From an uncultured Gemmatimonadaceae bacterium (GTDB lineage Bacteria > Gemmatimonadota > Gemmatimonadetes > Gemmatimonadales > Gemmatimonadaceae): a stretch of DNA of 64,000 bases. The stretch lies in contig CAWJMB010000002.1 in NCBI GenBank assembly GCA_963843845.1, positions 2,240,001-2,304,000 on the forward strand, written 5' to 3'. The notes beneath the pieces were generated by a model. That model searched no databases. It was not told the origin of the DNA and saw only the letters and a program-made list of their open reading frames with translations. Shown here in pieces: positions 57,346 to 64,000 of the stretch. The position numbers were made by a program, and so were the translations under genes. How positions within the stretch are numbered: position 1 is the first letter of the stretch; the number at the start of each line of letters is the position of its first letter.

Positions 57346-59002
57346 TCATGGTCGCATGGGCAGCACGATCCCCGTGCGGCGCGCCGTGTCGACGGCGGCG
57401 TCGTACCCCGCGTCGGCGTGGCGCGCGACGCCGATGCCAGGATCGTTCGTCAGGACGCGCTGGAGGCGGTCGCGCATCCGCGGCGTGCCGTCGGCGACGA
57501 TGACCTGCCCCGCGTGCAACGAGTTGCCGATCCCGACGCCGCCGCCGTGGTGGAACGAGACCCACGACGCGCCGCTCGCCGTGTTGAGCAGTGCGTTCAG
57601 GATCGCCCAGTCGGCGATCGCGTCGCTGCCGTCGCGCATCCCTTCGGTCTCGCGGAACGGGGACGCCACGCTCCCCGTGTCCAGATGGTCGCGGCCGATG
57701 ACGACCGGCGCGGAAAGCTCGCCCTGCGCGACGAGATCGTTGATCGCGACGCCGAGCCGCGCGCGGTCGCCCTGGCCGAGCCAGCAGATCCGCGCGGGGA
57801 GCCCCTGGAACTGTATCCGCTCCTGCGCGAGCCTGATCCATCGGCGCAGCGCCTCGTCGTGCGGAAACAGCTCGAGGACCAGGGCGTCGGTGCGGCGGAT
57901 GTCGCGCGGGTCGCCCGAGAGCGCGACCCAGCGAAACGGCCCCTTCCCCTCGCAGAACAGCGGACGCACGTACGCCGGAACGAAGCCAGGGATGTCGAAC
58001 GCGCTCGCGACGCCGGCGTCGTAGGCGACCGTCCGGACGTTGTTCCCGTAGTCGAAGGCGACCGCGCCGGCGCGTCGCATCGCGAGCATCGCCTCGACGT
58101 GCGCAGCGGCAGCGGCGGTCGCGCGCTGCACGTACCCGGCAGGATCACGGACGCGCAGCGCGGCGGCGGCGGCGAGCGACATCCCGTTCGGCACGTAGCC
58201 GTGCAGCATGTCGTGCGCGCTCGTCTGGTCGGTCACGACGTCCGGCGTGACGCCGCGGCGGACGAGCTCGGGCAGCACGTCGGCCGCGTTCGCGATGAGC
58301 GCCACCGAGAGACCGCGCCCCGCCGACTGCGCGTCGCGCAGCCAGCGCAGCGCCTCGTCGAGGTCGTGCGTGAGCCGGTCGCAGTAGCGCGTGTCGATAC
58401 GCTTCTGCGCCCGCGACTCGTCGACCTCGACGCAGAGGATCGCCGCGTCGTTCATCGTCGCCGCGAGCGGCTGCGCGCCGCCCATCCCGCCGAGCCCCGC
58501 CGTGACGACGAGGCGGCCGGCGAGCGACCCGCCGAAGTGCTGGCGCGCGACCGCGGCGAACGTCTCGTACGTGCCCTGCACGATCCCCTGCGAGCCGATG
58601 TAGATCCACGACCCGGCCGTCATCTGCCCGTACATCGTGAGTCCCAGCGCCTCGAGCCGACGGAACTCGTCCCACGTCGCGAAGCGCGGCACCACGTTCG
58701 AGTTCGCGAGCAGCACCCGCGGCGCCTGCTCGTGCGTGCGGAACACCGCGACCGGCTTTCCGCTCTGGATCAGCAGCGTCTCGTCGTCGGCCAACGTCCG
58801 GAGCGCATCGACGATCGCATCGAACGCCTCCCAGCTCCGCGCCGCCCGGCCGGTGCCGCCATAGACGACGAGGTCGTCCGGCCGCTCCGCGACCTCGGGA
58901 TCGAGGTTGTTCATGAGCATGCGGAGCGCCGCTTCCTGCTCCCACCCGCGGCAGGTGAGCGTCGCTCCGCGCGGCGCACGGACCGGCGCGAGGACCGCTC
59001 AT
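57346..59002 (-). CDS. hutU: Urocanate hydratase; frameshift near the 5' end
   Basis: 'NNLDPEVAE', 'YGQMTAGSW', '[10 protein letters not shown]', 'DQTSAHD' and 'GRDHLD'. Confidence 0.96.
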
Positions 59003-60544
59003 GCGCCCGCCTCGCCGGCCGGCAGCACACCGATGAACGCGCGCGCTGCGATCGCCGCGGCGAGCGCCTCGATGTCGGGCGACAGCACGCGGTCGTCGTC
59101 GAGCGCGCGCGACGCGTGCGCGGACGGCGCCGTGCGCATCGCGCAGGGCGCGCGCCGGCCGCAGCGGCGCCCGCAGGTCGATCCCCTGCGCCGCGCACAT
59201 CAGCTCGACGGCGAGCACGCGCCGCACGTTCGCCACGACGCGCCGCAGCTTCACGGCGGCGCCCATCGCCATCGGCACGACGTCCTCCTTGTTGCCGTCG
59301 GTCGGGATGGTGTCGACGCTCGCCGGATGCGAGAGCACTTTGCACTCGCTCGCGAGCGCGGCCGCCGTGACCTGCGCCATCATGAAGCCCGAGTGCACGC
59401 CCGGGTCGGACGCGAGGAATGCCGGCAGCCCGTAGTTGAAGTCCGGGTGCACGACGCGATCGATACGGCGCTCGGAGATCGTCGCGAGGTTCGTGAGCGC
59501 GATCGCGAGCAGGTCGCAGCGCCATGCGCGACCGGCTGCCCGTGGAAGTTGCCGCCGCTCAGCATGGTCGCCGTCGTCGAACACGAGCGGGTTGTCGGTC
59601 GCCGCGTTCAGCTCGCGACCGACGACGTCCTCGGCGAAGCGCAGCGCGTCGCGCACGGCGCCGTGCACCTGCGGCATGCAGCGGAGCGCGTACGCGTCCT
59701 GCACGCGCGGATCGCCGTGGCGGTGCGACTCGCGGATCTCGCTGTCGGCGAGCAGCCCCCGCAGCAACGCGGCGCTCTCCTGCTGCCCTCGCTGCCCGCG
59801 CGCCTCGTGGATGCGCGCGTCGAACGCGACCGGCGTGCCCATGCAGCGCCTCGAGGCTCATCGCGCCGGCGACGTGCGCGGTCTGCCACAGCACGAGCGC
59901 GTCGGCGAGGGCGAGCGACGCGACGGCGGTATGCGCCTGCGTGCCGTTGATGAGCGCGAGCCCTTCCTTCGGGCCGAGCGCGGCGGGAGTCAGTCCGGCG
60001 TCGCGCAGCGCCTCGGCGGCGGCCGCTCGTCCGTGCGGCCCGTGGCAGCATCGCCCTCGCCGATGACCGAGAGCGCGAGGTGCGCGAGCGGCGCGAGATC
60101 GCCGCTCGCGCCGACGCTTCCCTGCTCCGGGACGCGCGGGTAGAGCCGCGCGTTCAGCATCGCCGGCGAGCAGCTCGACGAGCGCCGGGCGCGCGCCCGA
60201 GTGTCCGCGCGCGAGCACGTTGGCGCGCAGCAGCATCATCGCGCGGACTTCGCGCTCCGGCAGCGGCGCGCCGACGCCCGCGGCGTGGCTTCGCACGAGG
60301 TTGCGCTGCAGCTCGGCCAGCCGCTCGCGCGGGATCGCGACCTCGGAGAGCTTGCCGAATCCGGTCGTCACGCCGTAGACGACGTCGTTTCGCTCGACGA
60401 TCGCGTCGACGATCGCGCGGGTGCGGCGTCATCCGCTCCGCCGCGCGCGGTGCGAGGCGCACGGTCGCATGGTCGTCGGCGACGGCGCGCACCGCGTCGA
60501 GCGTCAGCGACGTGCCGTCGATCACGACCTCGGAACTTGTGCAT
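58999..60544 (-). CDS. hutH: Histidine ammonia-lyase; several frameshifts in this sequence
   Basis: 'YGVTTGFG', HAL-type 'RSH', MIO 'GASGDL', 'QDAYALRC', 'TDNP' and 'GGNFHG'. Confidence 0.93.
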
Positions 60545-60595
60545 CGGGGCAGGCTCGAGCGGCACGTGCGGCGAGACGGGGCTGTCGTCAGGAGG

Positions 60596-63500
60596 TCAGA
60601 ACTGCGTGCCCGATCCGCGCAGCGTGCTGCGGTTGTAGTCGAACTTGAGATCGGGCTGCGCCTTGAGCGCGATGAAGAAGTTGAACGCGAAGTTGCCGTT
60701 CGGCGACTGCGTGAACGCGAAGACGGCGCGCCAGTCGTGCAGCTCGCGTTGCAGGCTCACGACGTTGCTCGCGAACTCGCTGCGCACGACGTCGTACGTC
60801 GTGCTCCATTGCGTGCGCCCACTTCGGCGTCAGGTGGAACGACGTGTTCACCTGCAGCGACTTCGTCGGCGGCACGCGGTAGATCGCACCGCCCAACGTC
60901 GAGATGCCCGGTGTCGTCGTCAGCGTCTGCTGCTGCGTGTTCGCTCGCGCGACGCACAGCTCGTAGCCGATCTGGTTCCCGACCTGCCGCAGCGCCTGAC
61001 ACTGCACGGTCGGGTCGATCGTGACGAGGTTGCCGATGATGTCCGGCCGCTGCCGCGCCGACGTGAACGAGAAGCTCGCCTGCCACGACTGTGTCGAGGG
61101 CTGATCGAACGGGGCGTTGCGCGCCCCGCTCCCCGCGACCTGCTGCGCGACCGCCTGACGCGAGAAGAACGCGTCACCGCCGCGGGGGTTGCCGCTCGTC
61201 GTGTTCGGGTTCGCCGGCGAGTTGCCGGCCGGTGTCGATGGCGAGATCCCGAACAGCTTCCCGATCGCCGCGAACAGCGCCGAGTTGCGATCGAGCGAGA
61301 ACGACGCGCTGACGTCGGTGAGGAACGGCTTGAACTGCGCCGTGTCGCTCTGCGGATTGCCGAGGAACAGCGAGTAGTTCGCGCGGAACGCGAGTCCCGG
61401 CACGAGATCCGACTGCGCCGAGTAGCCCCACGTGTTGTCGACGAAGCCGCGCTTGTTGAACAGGCTCTTCCCGACCGAATCCGCGATCACGAAATCGTAG
61501 CTGAGCGACGTGAAGTTGAGCGACAGCAGCCGCACCTTCTTGTCCGCCCCCGCCCCCGCCCCCGTCCCAGCCCCCGCCGACGCCGAGTCGCCGGCCTTTC
61601 GCCGCAGCTTCGCCTCGAGGTTCGACGTCAGTTGCATCGTCACCCGGCTCTGGGGCAGCGCGCCGAGGTAGCCCTGGCGCGTCGAGCCGACCGCGGCGAG
61701 GAAGTCGTCGCTCACGGTCGCCTTCGGCGACATGCTGAACGAGAACACCGGGTTGATCGAGTGGCGGAATCGCTCGACCGGACCGAGGCCGGGCGGGAAC
61801 GCGTAGAGCGTCGGCGCAGCGCTCAGGCCGAACGCCGGCCGGAACGTCTGCGCGACCCAGTTGCCGCCCGTGCGCTCGGTGCGAACGAGCAGGCCGAACG
61901 AGGGGTCCACGTTGGCGAGCGACACGGTCGGGCTCACGTTCCACGTCCCGCGCAGGAAGCTCGGCAGGGAGAACGACACGTTGTAGAACAGATTCGACGT
62001 GAACCCCTGATTGAAGACCCGCGTCTCGCGCGTGGACGTGTCGCGAATGTCGCGGAAGACGACGCGCGTCTGCGGATAGTCCTGGACGTCCTCGGTGAAG
62101 CGGAACCCGTTCGACAGCTGGAAGTCGAAGATCTTCAGCGGCGTGTCGAACGTGATGTTCGTGTTGCGGCGCGACGCCTCGATGCGCCGGTTCACGACGT
62201 TCCCGTTCGCGTCGCGCACGAACAGCGAGTCGAACTGCGTCCCCTGGTCGATGTTGAAGCTCTGCGAGTTCGAGAACGACGCGGTCGGCGTCCAATCCAG
62301 CCACGACGCGAGACTGATGGTCCGCGCCGAGAGGTTCAGGTTCGGGAAGTCCTGATCGACCGTCTCGCGACCGGGGTACTGCTTGCGCGTTCCGCCGGCG
62401 CTGAACTGGAACGGGCCGAAGCGGTCCTGGTAGTTCAGCTGCGAGGTGATCGTCCCCAACACCGCGTTCGGGTTGATCGAATTCTGACGCTGGAGCGTCG
62501 TACTCTTCACCCAGTTGATGTTCGCCGAGACGCGTCGGTTCTGATTGAACGACTGCTCGTGCTGCGCCGAGATCGCCGTGTTGCGCGATCCGTCGCGCTG
62601 CGCGAGATAATTCGCGGAGAGCCGTCCCTGCATGAACCGCGTGATCACGCGGTACTGCGTCTCGGCGTTGAAGCGCAGCCACCCGGGATCGAACGAGTCG
62701 CCGCGCGAGCCGCTCCGCCAGTCGAACCACGCCTGCGCGTCGGCATAGTTCCCGAGGTTGAAGTAGTAGCCCAGGTTCTCGAGCGAGCGGCGGTAGTTCG
62801 AGTTGTTGCGCACCAGTTCCGCGACGCCGAACCTCGGCGAGAGCAGGCCGCTGCGGCGCCCCGAGCGGGTGTCCTGGAACACGAAGGGAAGCCAGAGCAC
62901 CGGGACGTCGCCGATGTAGAGCACGGCGGGGCGCACGACGAGCAGGCTCTTCGTGACGTACTTGATGTCGTTCGCCTTGAAGTGGTAGTGCGGGATGCTG
63001 TCCTGACAGCTCGTGATCGAGCCGCTGTGCGCATAGAAGATCCGCCCTCCCTGCACCGTCGAGTCGGACACGACCGCGCCGGACCGCCCGCTCACGAGCC
63101 ACGTCTCGCCCTGCGTCGCCTGCGTACGGAAGTCGCGGATCGTCCCCGACTGGTTGACGAGGTCGTAGCGGATGCTCGACTGCACGATCACGTCCGCCTG
63201 CGGCGGGTTGCGCAACACGACGCTGTCGCGAACACCGCGGCCGCGGTTCGAGTCGACCGACGCGACGACGATCTGCGTCGAGTCGTTGTAGACGATCGAC
63301 CGCCCGGTGAGCAGCGTCTGGTCCCGCTCGACCGCCGCCGGACGCCCGCCGAGCGAGAGCACGCGCTGGTCGGCGCGATACAGCACCGTGTCACCCTGAT
63401 ACCGGACCGCGCGATAGCCCTCGCGACTGATCAGGGCGTCGTAGATCGAGTCGCCGGCGATCCACGTGACGAGCGCCGTCGACGGTACGCCGCGCGCGGC

Positions 63501-63716
63501 CCCCGGGACGCTGTCGCGGCCGGTGGTGTCGGGCCGCGTCGTGTCGGGGCGCGCGGGCGGCTGCGCGGGGCGCCGTACCGGCGGCAGCGGCACCGTCGTC
63601 GGCGGCGGCGTCTGTGCGACGGCCCCCGTCGCCCCGAGCGACGCGCCGAACGACGCGCCGAGTGCGAGGAGGACCAGACGCCGCAGCGACCGCGCGACGC
63701 GGGCCGCGTCAGGCAA
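60596..63716 (-). CDS. lptD: Putative LPS-assembly protein LptD-like outer-membrane beta-barrel; frameshift near 60815
   Basis: Signal peptide, OstA-like N-terminus, 'ITSC..PHYHF', 'PVLWLPF...RRSGLLSP' and C-terminal 'RELHDW...F'. Confidence 0.75.
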
Positions 63717-64000
63717 GCGCCGGCTCGTCGGGCGAGGCGATGGCGCGGCTGCGCTGGCGTCGCCGGTAGATCCAGCGCGAGATGACGACGCTCACCTCGA
63801 ACAGCCCGTAGAGCGGGATCGACAGGAGGAACAACGACGTGGGATCGCCGCCCGGCGTGATGAACGCCGCGCCCACGATGCAGAGCACCAGCGCGTGGCG
63901 GCGGTACTTCACGAGGAACATCGGCGTCACGATGCCTAACGCCGTCAGCGCGAGGATGAGGATCGGCAGCTCGAACACGATGCCGAACGCGAGCGACATG
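63709..64000 (-). CDS. tatC: Twin-arginine translocase TatC (3' part only)
   Basis: 'FGIVFELP', 'RRHA', 'AAFITPGGDP' and 'LFEVS'. Confidence 0.92.
   Translation of the reverse strand, partial: MSLAFGIVFELPILILALTALGIVTPMFLVKYRRHALVLCIVGAAFITPGGDPTSLFLLSIPLYGLFEVSVVISRWIYRRRQRSRAIASPDEPALA

Noticed and set aside
57346..60544. hutH/hutU as ergothionase/thiourocanate hydratase
   Set aside because: Motifs are canonical HAL and urocanase; nothing in the sequence indicates altered specificity.
61546..61580. CCCCCG tandem repeat
   Set aside because: Encodes a low-complexity AGAGTGAGAG loop inside the LptD-like protein; not an array.
60645..63785. Very long plus-strand ORFs (1046 aa here; also 42181-44745, 57310-59370, 34925-36919, 2334-4346)
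   Set aside because: Antisense shadows of real minus-strand genes caused by high GC codon bias; R/A-rich with no motifs.

Overview
Very GC-rich bacterial chromosomal segment (by eye about 70% or more). Gene content and order suggest Gemmatimonadota, which is an inference. Bases ~1-22.3 kb are a mosaic surface-polysaccharide locus with several orientation flips. It holds four GT4 glycosyltransferases, two Wzy/WaaL-like membrane proteins, two co-polymerases, a Wza/SLBB export protein, two different priming transferases, a CapD/WbpM-type dehydratase, an epimerase, Wzx, an AsnB amidotransferase, a SAM methyltransferase and an unexpected transglutaminase-like Cys-His-Asp protein. Bases ~22.3-64 kb are mostly minus-strand housekeeping genes: hflX, rarA, CCA enzyme, asparaginase, gmhA, PHP tyrosine phosphatase, alaS, recX, recA, yraN, GDPD, TonB receptor, ftsK, comB, accC/accB, M24 peptidase, aroQ, TPR proteins, SurA/PpiD, tatA, polyprenyl synthase, hutI, radical SAM, hutU, hutH, lptD-like and tatC. 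Many essential genes carry frameshifts that look like long-read indel errors. Best leads: (1) a tandem-duplicated HTH-like protein with a C-terminal clamp-binding-like motif directly behind recA-recX, preceded by a perfect 11-bp inverted repeat; (2) a recurrent strand-biased GTTAGGC motif that accounts for most of the rare TTA codons; (3) a radical SAM gene embedded in the hut operon; (4) a transglutaminase-like gene coupled to wzx. No rRNA, tRNA, CRISPR array or mobile element was recognised.
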